Both the position numbers and the translations under genes were made by a program. DNA of 62,292 bases, the filler included. It is 13 parts of 13 records of this genome, joined end to end, with 100 filler letters (N's around TTAATTAATTAA, not from the genome) between each part and the next. Parts side by side here need not be neighbours in the genome. Positions count along the whole stretch, not along the records: positions 45,737 to 50,455 come from SRR15195285_2976; positions 50,556 to 55,330 come from SRR15195285_2977; positions 55,431 to 62,292 come from SRR15195285_2985; 10 more parts are not named here. One strand, 5' to 3'. The notes under the pieces were generated by a model. It was not told where the DNA came from and made no database searches. It saw only the letters and a program-made list of their open reading frames with translations. Of the stretch, positions 45,737 to 56,756 are shown piece by piece. The stretch's first letter is position 1. Every line of letters starts with the position of its first letter.

Positions 45737-48700
45737 CTGCTGCTGCTGCTGCTGCTGCTGCTGGCGTTGGCCCGCTGCCACTGCCACACTCATGCTGGCT
45801 GTCGTAGCGGGCGCAGCTGGCCTGTCGCTAGAAGAGTCAACGTCGCCGCCGAAGAGTAAGCGATCTACTCGATCATCGAGCGCCGAATGGCTGTGAGCAG
45901 CGGCAAGGTCAGCAGCACCAAATTTGGAGGGATCACGCGTCGTGAGGTGACTTGGTGGAGTAGACAGCCATGTGGCAGCACGCTGAGCGACTGCTGTTCG
46001 ATGCTGCTCATTCTGATGTGAAAGCGCAGCCCCCCAGCCTTTGCTATGGGTGCGCGGCTGGTTGTAGCCTGCCAGGGTCGGTCGAGGCGCCACTGGCGGC
46101 GGTACTAGACCTTGGCTGGTGCCATCTACTGATTGCTGCTCTTGCTGCTGCTCTTGCTGCTGCCGCATCATGGATGGCATGGTCTGCCCACGTGTCACAT
46201 TTTCAATCTCAAATGTCGTCCGGGGGGCCACCACTGGATTGTGATAGCCTGCAACTGGGTGTCTCCCCAGGTCAGTCTGAGATGGAGGTTCAGGCTGTTT
46301 CTGAGCAGCGTCACTGCCGTCACTGTTCTCTTCCTTGGCCACCTCACTGCGTAGGTATGATCCGATCCTCTGATCCGACTGCCGTGTGACTTTGACACGT
46401 CCAGTCCAATCCGGGTCATTCACCACCGCAAGTTCGCCTTTGTGCGTTCCGTCCTTGGTTATTCTCACCCGATCACCCTTGCGCAATGAAGGCGGCGCGG
46501 AATCCCCCGCACTGAAATCGTCAGCAGGGATCTTTCTCAGGTTCGTGCGGAACTCCTCAAACGTAACGGTCCCATCATGGTTTGAATCCAGAATCTGCAT
46601 GAGTTTGAGGGACGACGCGTACACCACAGCACGCAGCCGCGCAGACATCTCCGTATCTTTTGACCAACGATCCATCATCTCGCGCTGTAATTCAGCGACC
46701 TCAATTGTCCCCGAGTGATCATAGTCCAGCTTCAAAAAGAGATCCCGTGCCATCGTTTCGGTGGTGGGATGCCAGATACGCATCCAATCATCCCGGATCA
46801 GCCGCAGGCATACCACATTTTCACTGGCAGCTTTGGCAGTCGCAACTCGCTTTTGTGCAGCCATTGCCAGAGCACCTGCGCCGAACGCATGGCATTCACT
46901 GAGCATCCTGGCAGTGCCGCCTCGTTCCCTAGTTTCGAGCTTGACAGAACCCTCCTTGATTATGAAGAACGCCTGAGCCTCGTCCCCGACCTCATAGATC
47001 ACTTGGTCGTGCTCAAACGTCTCGACTTGAATGTGCGCGCGAATGTCGTCTCTCTCTTGCTCGCTGAGCAGCAGGAAGGTCGGCACGACGTTTGCGAACG
47101 CCTCTCGAGTAAAAGGCTTCAAATCTTTCTCGCCACTTGCAACACGGTGCTCACGGGCTGACCGAGTCTTGTAGACATGGTACTGGACTAAAGCCACTGA
47201 GGATGTCATCGCTCCGATTACAGCACAGACTACAAGGATGTGATACCACTCCCACTTGCCGTCGTACATCAACCCAGAGTTCGCAACGGCGAGCACTAGG
47301 ACAAGACCAAGGAAACTCAGCTGCTCCTGATGGTTGTCGTCTTCCAAAATGTATGGCTTTTGAAAATGAGAGAGTAGAGCGGAGAGCACTAGTGTGATCT
47401 GTAGCCACATACCCCAATTGTACTCAAAGGTCTGCCCTATGAGGAAAATTACATTGACGACCCCCTTGAGCATCAGAATAAACACGAACCACCAGTATTT
47501 CTCCGGCTTTGTTGCTTTCACAAGCTCATCCCAGCCTGTGAGCATAAGCAGAAAAGACGGCATGTCGGTATCAGCAGTGCCAGTAGTGCACAACGTACAG
47601 TTGCTGACTGACTAGGTAGCATTCTTACACTTCGGATTGAGAGTCGGCGTAGACTTAATTCTAAGCAATGTCGCTGTGTCGAGAACTTCAGTCCCCTGAG
47701 CCCGAGAGGATAGAAACGATCTTGGTTTGCAAAACGATGGCGCCCCAAGATCCCGTGACTGAGAGAGTTTTCGCCCTTCTTTGAGCCAGCGTGTGCGCAT
47801 ATGCCTTGACGTACGGACAAGCAAGAAGGCCGGCACGACAAGAGCATACAGCAGGAGCAGACAGACGGCAATCAACGCAGCGGTCACGTGAGGCCCTTCC
47901 CAGCACACGAGGCCCAAATCCGTGACAAGTCGGTCTGTGGTGTTTCCATCCTTCGGCAGGCTTCGGCACATGAGCAGTTCTGCGCATCGTCGAGTGATCG
48001 GGGCGAACGAGAATAGGTAGAGCTGCATGTAGCCTCTCTGCAGGTGGTGCCAGCGCATCGGCAACCCTCGAGATAGTATGGTGCCATCTGTACTCGTTAT
48101 CTTGCCCAGTTTTGTTGCCATCATGTACATCCCAATGTAAATGGCAATGCCCGCACAGACCGGGACAATGGCCATAGTCATCATTCCACAGAAAAGCCCG
48201 CATTCTGGTGAACGGCACGACTTCACAGCTTTCCCGACATCTAGATTGAAAATTTCGAGGGCTGAGAAGTTGGCAGTGCTCGTGACTACCAAACCAAATG
48301 TCTGCACGGCGAATATGTAAGTGCCGACAGTGGCTCTGTTCTGATTATCATGGCACCAATCACTGAACTCAAGCTTCGAGATCGAATCGTGCTGGACCCA
48401 CGTGCGGTCAGGATTGTCAATTCCACCCGCCCATCGCGGCCACCAAGACCGTGTTCGCAAACCAGACATTGCCGGATATTGCTTCGCCTTCATTTCTGCA
48501 AGAGTTTCATCGAACGTCGCGCTTGCTGCTACTGGGTTGCCCATTCTTATCAGCAGCTTGCGCACGTCTTCGACGGACAAATATCCATGGTGCCTGCTGT
48601 CCATAATTTTGAAGACCTCCTCAGCATCTGCAGGGCTGCATACGCTTCTTAATGTCTTGCTCATGAGGAAAAAGCCGATGGCAACCGCTGTCAACACCTC

Positions 48701-50455
48701 CACGATGATCCCGCTCCAGTCTGTCTGCTCACACAGCGTACATTGCCCCTCGACAGCTTTGTAACCCTCTTCACAGGCCGCGCTCATAAAACCTTTATGG
48801 TTGGGTCTGCACACAGCAGACGGCTGAGACACATTGTGCAACAACTGTGGCGAGCAGCCACCACTCGTGCAAGCCGGACATGTCAGCAGATCAACCTGGG
48901 TCTCCGCAATGTCGTTGCTCTGCACCAGCTCGAGTGTCTCGATCCAGTGGTTTGGGACGGGACATATGCGTGTCACTTCTGAAATGCCCCCTGGGCACAC
49001 ACGTGGACTTTCCCATATGATCGGCTCGGTTGACTCAACCTGCACGCCTTGAACACGGCCCGCGAGATCGGAGCATGGTTTGCACCTGTGCATGCCGTCT
49101 GCCGTTCGCACTGCATACGTCAAAGGAGGACATACGCACTGTGTCCCAATTCCGCCCTCGACCCCATCGTCGGTGATCGTGCCCGGATGGATACTGGCGC
49201 ACAGGACGCAGGACCGATCGTCGCCTGGCACCTGACCTTCAGGACAGGCTTTGCACTTGCCAAATTCCCACACCTCATTAGCAGCGCACACGATGTCTTG
49301 GCCGACCACAACCAGCCAGTCGAGACCTCCGAGCTCGAACACCACCGCGACGGCTTCAAACTTTCCTTGAGCCGGCGTCAACGCGCTTCTGCGCCCAGGC
49401 ACGGTGTTGGTCAGCACCTCTCCTGGCGCGGTTGCCGGCAAGCCCTCCGCCTCGAGACTGCGTGCCGCGGTGGCAATCGACGCGGAGAGTTCAGCGCCCT
49501 CGCCGCTGAGGCTGCCCAGATCGCTGCGCTCGCCGCTCTCGAGCCGCAGTGGTGCACCAAAGGACGTCGCGAGGAGCTTTCCACGCGTGCTGCCGCTGCG
49601 CTCTACAATGAACGCCCAGCTGCCGTCGCCAGCCAATGTTTCGTTTAGAACGCTTGAGAGCCCACCGAGCTCGAAGTCCGCCGCCAGAACGCCAAGGACC
49701 TGCGTCGAAGCCGAGTCTCGTGTCATCTTGGCGGTTCTAGTGATGCCGAGGTTTCCGCTGCCTGAGAACACGTACACGGACGACCAGCCCGTTGGAGAAT
49801 CGCTGCGAGCCATCTCCTCGATGTACCAAGGTCGCACCCGAGGATCATACAAGGTCCATCCGGTGAACGTCTGCGGCGCACCTCGCGCCGCGAGGCTTGT
49901 GTCGTGGTACGTCCGGATGTTACGGTCGCAACAGCCGGCTGGCGTGCAGGCTGGCTCAGCCGAAGGTGCTGCCGCGCCGGGGCAGCTGACCGCGAGGGAC
50001 AATCCCTGCGCACCGCCCTTGCCGGCGTCGCCAGGCACATCGTCGGCAGAGGCGTACGGCGACCAGGAGTGATCTGGCGAGCTGGCTACCGACCAGTCCG
50101 CTGCCCGGAACGTGTACCGCTCCGGGTCGTAGTACCCGACGAATCTGCCGTCCTCCATGCCGGCGTAGAGCATTGTGATACCCGTGCCATCAGCTTGGCT
50201 CGCGACGGCCACGCTCTGCAGGAAGAGCAGCTCCCGCAGCTCCACGGTCTCGGAGGCGGCGCAGCTCTCAGCCACGAGCTCCAGGGCGTAGGCCGGCTGG
50301 CTGACTTTCAGCACGGCGCCGGGCTCGCTCATGAAGGAGTGGAGCGTGTAGGAGAGCCGAGGCTCGTCGAACGCTGCGACGTACGTCGTGAGCTGCCGCA
50401 TCTCCGCGCTCGCCGCCGCATCGCCCAGCAGCAGCAGCAGCAGAAGCAGCAGCAG
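45737..50455 (-). CDS. Receptor-like membrane protein: signal peptide, dCache_1, Cys-rich stalk, about 9 TM with EF-hand loop, cNMP-binding domain, EF-hand pair, KOW/SH3-like; intron 47536-47628
   Basis: Poly-Leu signal; YDPRVRPWY..WSSVY..VLGVLAAD..AFIVERSG; CxxC repeats; VFKIMDSRHHGYLSVEDV; TM helices; IYEVGDEAQAFFIIKEGSV..FGAGAL..KRVAT; DYDHSGTIEVAEL and DSNHDGTVTFEEF; LRKGDRVRITKDG. A 93-nt GTAAG..CAG intron joins the two same-frame ORFs. Confidence 0.88.
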
Positions 50456-50555
50456 NNNNNNNNNNNNNNNNNNNNNNNNNNNNNNNNNNNNNNNNNNNNT
50501 TAATTAATTAANNNNNNNNNNNNNNNNNNNNNNNNNNNNNNNNNNNNNNNNNNNN
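50456..50555. other. Artificial contig spacer
   Basis: N44-TTAATTAATTAA-N44. Confidence 0.99.
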
Positions 50556-50749
50556 TGGTCGATCGGGTCGTGACACTCGTCCATGATGATGCGCACTGCC
50601 GGTGCCATGGAGACTGCCGGGGACTCTGGTGGTGCTAATACATCTCTATTGGGTTTGTATTGGATTGGGCCCACCAGGTCTATCGACTGCGCCAGCGGTG
50701 CAACGAGCACGAGCAGCCCGAGCGCAGCCCGCAGCAGTACTGCGCGCAT
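50556..50749 (-). CDS. 5' end of a secreted protein (rest off-contig)
   Basis: Signal peptide MRAVLLRAALGLLVLVAPLAQS; a possible intron follows. Confidence 0.55.
50637..50663. repeat. Dispersed repeat motif B, copy 1 (AATACATCyCTAwTrGGTTTGTATTGG)
   Basis: 24/27 identical to 52190-52216. Confidence 0.7.
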
Positions 50750-51665
50750 GGCTTCGCTCGCAGAGCGCCAGGAGAGCCCTGCCAGTGGCTAAAAAATCGA
50801 TCCGCGCGATCATGCACCGCCGGCCGCCGCCACCCTCATCTGCTCTGTGACTCGAAGAGGCACCTTGTGACCCAGATATCATATCTACCGAGGTACTGAA
50901 ATTGTGTCAAGACTCGAGTCGGAATCACAGAGATTCTTCATCCGACAATCGATGCACCCGTGCTCATTGGGCCTTCCGTCGGTGATTTAGCACGAGCAGC
51001 TTCCATATTTGTATGTTGGTTCTGTATTTATGAGAAGTTAGCGAATTAGGCTGGGAGCTCAGGGTGACTGACAAACGTCAGTGTTGCCTCGGGCCTCAGT
51101 GCGGTGGGTGTTGAGGTACACTATAGCTATAATGTATCACCCGATGAAAATTCAGATGATAATGATTATCGTGGAATTATTTGGCCAGGGGAATGAACAT
51201 GGCGCCCAAACAACTGGGAGCGGCTTTCGAGCAGTGCAAGCACTCGCCAATCGGCAAGCACTCGTTCGTGCTCTACGAAATGGACCCACCGCCAGGTCGG
51301 GCGCCGTGCAGAGGTGATGTCAAAAAGTGGTCGAGGCGTATAATTGAGCCAGGGGTCCTGGGTGTCCATATTATGCCCGGTACCCCAAGCGCCGGAATAT
51401 GTTGAAACGTAGTGTCACCAGGCATACGTCGGGTTGTATGCTCGTTGACACACTCTCGAGTTGCGAGTGTCCAGAAAGAACCCGAGAGCCTAGAGGATGT
51501 TGTGTTTATGAGTGGCGAGGAGCTCAAGAGCTTGCGGACTTAGGACATCTAAAAATAGATTTCAATTCAATTTGTTTCATTTGGTTGTACTTGGTTGCAT
51601 TTCGACACATTAAGACGTTGACAACATACACAGATGATTTGGATACATTTCAATACACCTGTTAA

Positions 51666-51735
51666 CTAGTGTTGTCATGAGCCCCGCCAGGGGCTCATCC
51701 CTTTGTGCCCCCCCCCGATGTATCGGGATCTCAAC
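51666..51735 (-). mobile_element. Repeat terminus with G-run, GC-rich hairpin and CTAG|T (Helitron 3'-end-like)
   Basis: Stem ATGAGCCCC/GGGGCTCAT (51677-51698), followed 7 nt later on the minus strand by CTAG-T. 51710-51735 matches 55305-55330 inverted (24/26). Confidence 0.5.
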
Positions 51736-52189
51736 GAGCCTCTAATACAGCAGCGTTGTAGCCAGGACGAGGTCTCGCGTCACAAGAGAGCTTAGTAGCT
51801 TTACCGTCATTCGCGGGATTTTCGGATCGCCTAATGCGCCCAGCAGGGATATCGCTCCTCTCGGACCAGGCAGCGCGGGGGAGATGCATGCGTGCGCGCG
51901 CGGGCCGCCTGGCGCGCCGGCGGGCGACGGACACGGCCGGCGCGGCGCGAATGGCAGGCGCAATACATGTCCAACTTCGCGTACAGTGTACCAGTACGGT
52001 CGACAGCTGTAGTGCATGGCGTGCAGCCCTGCGCGCGCATGCATGGCACAGCGGCGCGGAGTGCCTGGACGGGGGTTGGGCGCAGAACAGCGCATGCAGA
52101 CAGGAGGGGCAAAAGAACATCAGAGCAGCAGAGGCTCCAGCAGTAGCTCTCTCAGGAGCAGCAGATTAAAGACTAGCCAGTGGTCACGC

Positions 52190-52216
52190 AATACATCCCT
52201 AATAGGTTTGTATTGG
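52190..52216. repeat. Dispersed repeat motif B, copy 2
   Basis: Matches 50637-50663; has internal inverted arms CAATACA/TGTATTG. Confidence 0.7.
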
Positions 52217-52261
52217 GTGGTGCTGAGCCGTGTGGACAAGTGACTGTTCACGAGAAATTCC

Positions 52262-54892
52262 ATGCATCATATGCTGGCGGGCGGCATACGCACCACGGCC
52301 AGGACCAGCAGCTCACCGCATAGACTGGCAACGTTCTTCATCGCTGCGTTTGTCTTTGCGGGCGGCATGGGCATCACCAGGAACAGCGTCGAGGCGGCCA
52401 TCGATGCCCACCGGGTGAGCACCCTGCCGGGCTGGGACTACGCTCTGCCGTCGAAGCAGTGGAGCGGCTTCATCTCGGCACAGGATCCGGCCAGCGGCAC
52501 GCCGGGCAAGGAGCGGCAACTGCACTATATTTTCGTGGAGGCTGAGAACAACCCAGAGACCGCGCCCGTCGTGCTCTGGAGCAATGGCGGCCCAGGCTGC
52601 TCGAGCCTGGAGGGATATATGATGGAAATGGGTCCGCTGATGCCCGATCCGAACGACCCGCAGGCGCAACGTCTGAAGCGCAACCCATATACATGGAATG
52701 TCTACGCCAACATGATCTACCTTGAGCACGGTGTCGGCGTGGGATTTTCGTACGGGAATGGAGGCGATATCCACCTCGACGACGAGTCGGATGGCAACGA
52801 CGTGCACTGGTTCCTGCGCAACTTTTTCTTCCCGCAGGATGGCGCGGTCGGCTTCAACGAGTACGCAGCCAATGAGTTCTACATGACCGGCGAGTCTTAC
52901 GCCGGCATATATATTCCGCAGGTTGCTGACACAGTTCGTCGCGGCAACGCCCAGCAGCCCGCGTCGCTGCGCATAAATCTGATTGGCTTCATGATCGGGA
53001 ATGGCTGTTCAGGGACTGACACGTTCAACTGTGGTGACCCGCCGGATAATGAGGAATTCTTGATGAGCAGTGGCGGCATGCAGCTCGATTTTCTCCAAGG
53101 GCACGGTCTCGTCGGACGGGATCTCTTCGATGACATCGTCGACACCTGTGACGGGCCGAAGCCGGACTGGGGAGCCGACCCCCAGTGTTTGGGCATCGTG
53201 ATGAGCGAGCCCATGTGTGGGCTGACCATTCAGGAGTTTGCGGATCAGTACTTCAACCCTTCGAGTTGTATGGGACCGGTGCCGGAGGAATATTGGGGGC
53301 AAAACATCACTAGTTCCGGAAAGTTCGAAGCTTCGGGAGGGACGGCAGCTGGCTACACCGTCGACACGTACATGCAAATGTGGAACAGCACGTGGTGGCC
53401 CCGCACAAAACAAATGCTGGGGGAGGAATATGTGCGAGAACATGGCATGACCGTGTACAACACCTGGACGATGGATCGGCCTGGGCCCGACCTCTTTGAC
53501 CCGATCTGCACCTCGACCCGCGATCCGAGCAACGGCTTCCAGTCGCGGCCCGGGTGTGGCTCTCACGCAAACAACGTCGATATCTGGCCGGCTGAGGTTG
53601 GCAGCAACGTGAACGTTGATCCGCTGGGTCGGCAGGTCAATGTTGCCTGCTGCAAGAAGTACGACGATGCCTTGGCACGGCTTGGGACGATCAACATTTG
53701 TGAGTACCTGCAACCTTCTCTGTCCATTTTCTGTTTCTATCTGACACCTTGCCGTGGCGCAGACGACATCACCGATCAGGACTGTAGTCCTGGCAGCCTT
53801 ATGATGGGCGCGAAAGAGAAGAGCGATGGAATTCTCGACAAGATCGACCTGGCTCAGTTCGGCAGGGCCCGCAAAATCAAGCAGCCGGGCTCTGACACGA
53901 TGACACCAACGGCAGAGCTGCTGCGTGACCTGGACGCCTGTGGAGGAGCCAATTTTAATGTGCCATATTTCAACAAGCCGGAAGTGATGGTGGCACTTCA
54001 TGTCGATCAGGAAGGACCAGTTGCAGCTGGGGACACCGAGTGGGCAGAGTGTGCACGTGAGCCCTTTTTCAACTACACAAAAACGGTGATGAGTCATACG
54101 CCGACGTACCAGCAGCATCTGGTGCCAGAGATGCGCGTGCTGATCTTCAGCGGCGATGTGGATGCGTGTGTTCCGTACCTGGGCTCGATGCGGTGGGTAG
54201 CCGAGGTTGCTGCAAACAATGCAGATGCACGCGAGGGTGGATCCGGGTACCAAGGTGGCGATCCCTGGCCGGTCATTGGCGACGCTTGGACTTCGTGGCA
54301 GGTTGACGATAATGTGGCGGGCTACTTCACTGCATACGCCACCTCTGGTCCGCACAACTTCACCTTCGCGACGGTCAAGGGCGCTGGTCATATGGTGGCG
54401 GAGGTCAAGCCAAAGCAGGCGCTCAGCCTCTTCTTCCGCTTCCTGAACGGCCTGCCGATGGACTACACCGAGCCAGAGCCGCTCATTATCGATACACAGC
54501 CTGCTAGCACCACGGCCCTTGTCGGTGACATGGTCACGGTGAGCATCGTGGTCTCGAAAGGCACAGCGCCATACTTGTACATGTGGTTCAAGGACGGCAC
54601 TGAGCTGCACGGTCAGTTTGGACCCAGCCTGACAATCAGCTCCGCAACGACGGACGACAGCGGCCGCTACTACGCCCGCGTCGCCGGCGTGCTAGGCGGT
54701 ACGCAATGGTCGGACGAGGCGGTTGTCACCGTCGTGGCAACGTCGTGCCATACGGATGCGAGCGGTGGCTCGATGGTCGGTTACGTTGCCTGCCTCATGT
54801 TGGGGATGGGCATATCGGTCGCAGCAAAAGTTTGTGTCACCAAGAGGGCCACTCAGAAAGGCAGCTATGTGTACCTAGATCCAAAGAACTGA
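52262..54892 (+). CDS. Serine carboxypeptidase (S10) with C-terminal Ig-like domain and TM anchor; probable in-frame intron 53700-53762
   Basis: WSNGGPGCSSL, catalytic GESYAG, SGDVD and GAGHMV. Splicing gives INIYDI. Ig motif IDTQPAS..YMWFKDG..LTI..DDSGRYY, then a hydrophobic helix and short tail. Confidence 0.93.
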   Translation: MHHMLAGGIRTTARTSSSPHRLATFFIAAFVFAGGMGITRNSVEAAIDAHRVSTLPGWDYALPSKQWSGFISAQDPASGTPGKERQLHYIFVEAENNPETAPVVLWSNGGPGCSSLEGYMMEMGPLMPDPNDPQAQRLKRNPYTWNVYANMIYLEHGVGVGFSYGNGGDIHLDDESDGNDVHWFLRNFFFPQDGAVGFNEYAANEFYMTGESYAGIYIPQVADTVRRGNAQQPASLRINLIGFMIGNGCSGTDTFNCGDPPDNEEFLMSSGGMQLDFLQGHGLVGRDLFDDIVDTCDGPKPDWGADPQCLGIVMSEPMCGLTIQEFADQYFNPSSCMGPVPEEYWGQNITSSGKFEASGGTAAGYTVDTYMQMWNSTWWPRTKQMLGEEYVREHGMTVYNTWTMDRPGPDLFDPICTSTRDPSNGFQSRPGCGSHANNVDIWPAEVGSNVNVDPLGRQVNVACCKKYDDALARLGTINICEYLQPSLSIFCFYLTPCRGADDITDQDCSPGSLMMGAKEKSDGILDKIDLAQFGRARKIKQPGSDTMTPTAELLRDLDACGGANFNVPYFNKPEVMVALHVDQEGPVAAGDTEWAECAREPFFNYTKTVMSHTPTYQQHLVPEMRVLIFSGDVDACVPYLGSMRWVAEVAANNADAREGGSGYQGGDPWPVIGDAWTSWQVDDNVAGYFTAYATSGPHNFTFATVKGAGHMVAEVKPKQALSLFFRFLNGLPMDYTEPEPLIIDTQPASTTALVGDMVTVSIVVSKGTAPYLYMWFKDGTELHGQFGPSLTISSATTDDSGRYYARVAGVLGGTQWSDEAVVTVVATSCHTDASGGSMVGYVACLMLGMGISVAAKVCVTKRATQKGSYVYLDPKN

Positions 54893-55304
54893 ATCGCGGA
54901 GCGGCGGATTTAGAGCATATCATAATTATCTCACTAGTGGGATATAATATGCTGCATGCCTATTGCAACTCCACTTTTGCAATGTAATATAACACGCACA
55001 GTCTTTCTATTGATCGCAACTCCGGCTGCTCATCCATCTCTCTAGTACCAAGGGGCGAGTGGCAGTATATCCGCAAGTTCTGCAAGAGGTCTCTACCATC
55101 CCCCTCGGCGTCAAGCAGCCACACAAGTGTGGCCTGACCGAGTTGGGTATCGGGACCCACTACCTAGTCACGCAAAGCGCCCCCAAGAACGCGTGTTCCC
55201 CCAAACCAACCAGTTTAGCCGTTTGTAGTCCCCCGTGTCGGCGGACTGTGCAAGCACAGCCAGCCTCGGTGTCACACTCCGAAGCATGCTGGCGAGGGAT
55301 TCCT

Positions 55305-55330
55305 GTTGAAATCCCGATATATCGGGGGGG
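55305..55330. repeat. Second, inverted and truncated copy of the 51710-51735 repeat at a contig end
   Basis: GTTGAAATCCCGATATATCGGGGGGG versus GTTGAGATCCCGATACATCGGGGGGG. Confidence 0.75.
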
Positions 55331-55430
55331 NNNNNNNNNNNNNNNNNNNNNNNNNNNNNNNNNNNNNNNNNNNNTTAATTAATTAANNNNNNNNNNNNNN
55401 NNNNNNNNNNNNNNNNNNNNNNNNNNNNNN
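55331..55430. other. Artificial contig spacer
   Basis: N44-TTAATTAATTAA-N44. Confidence 0.99.
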
Positions 55431-56756
55431 CATTGGCACCGATCATATATGGGCTATGTGGGCGTGGTGTGGCTGGGAGCCTCGCCGCGGTACTACATGT
55501 AGTACTGGAATTCCCTACTGTAGGTGTAGGAATTCCTACGGTAGGAATCCCGGGGAATTCCCTGACTCGCGCGGGCGGTGACGCAGGGGCAGAATCCGTC
55601 ATGTGTCGGAATCACCAGGTGTCGGTCGGTAAACGTAAAGTCATTCTGCGGAGCTACTATTGACAATAGTACCATTTAGTATACTGTAGTACTGCAGCTA
55701 CTGTAGCTGAAGGAATCCAATGTATATCGGATATACTAGCATTATATATTGCCTTATTGCATTCGTAGTATGCATTCTTGCATTTGTGACGTCCTTGAAC
55801 CTTCATTCCGACTACAGTACGATTTTATGCAATTGTGGAATGTCTCGGGTCACCACCACGAGGCATACAATGCGGATTCCCAGGCATCTCTCAGGGTGTC
55901 ATTCTCGCATTTTTGAGCAAATGCACCTTCGAGACAGTACTGGATTTCCGATCCTTTTCCACCGCATGCCCCGCCAGCGACACTGGCGAGTCGTGATTCA
56001 TCACCTGGAATTGTATGTAGCTATCCGGATTTTCCGATGGAATTCACACGCATCCATCACTCTAGGGATTATTCTGTTTTTTCATTCCCACCGTGGAAAG
56101 ATCCAAAATGGTGAACAATACGGAAGCAGCACAGACAAAATGGCGATTTCTCGAGTTGCTCCGTACATTCTCCGAACCGAACTCTGCTCCCTGGGTGTGC
56201 AGAATTCGTGGCTCTCGCATCAATCCGGCGTCTCCGTCAAAGTAACGGTATGAGGTCGAGACGAACTGATGCAAAATCAAGCGCCGCGGTCTTTTTCTTT
56301 TCAATTGCTGTGCAGTCTGTATTGGAGAATGGCATTATTCTGTTCTCCATCCCACACCACGCTGAGAAGCGAGCCCAGCGCGTCTGCCAGGATCGGCCAA
56401 ATCACTCCGGGCTCTCTGAGGATCGGTGAATTTGGGGGGCGAATTCAATACTCATTGATTTTGAGGACCCGGTGATTTCCATGTATGTCCACATGTATCA
56501 CCAAATCGGGGGTTCCTGGCGTACTGTAGTGTATACAGTACGCATACCATGCTTACCGTGGGTTTGGCGATAAATGGGAATTAATTCTGTGCATTTCACG
56601 AAGGAATCGCAAGCGGTGAGACACTGGGGCACTCACTCATTTGACGCCATACAGTTGAGCGGGGGAGGAGGTCGCCCCGTTCCCCTCGCCATAGAGTTGA
56701 CTGGGCGGGGGGCTGGGAGGTGGTCGCCCCGTTCCCCCCCGTCGGCTGGGTTAGGG

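Noticed and set aside
47696-47776. Possible non-canonical intron with a GATCTTGG/CCAAGATC hairpin in the receptor gene
   Set aside because: No donor matches the phase of the CAG acceptor and the frame is open, so it is treated as coding.
53009-54610. 533-aa antisense ORF and other long shadow ORFs (7242-8192, 57618-58478, 61327-62223)
   Set aside because: They mirror high-GC3 real genes on the opposite strand and carry no family motifs.
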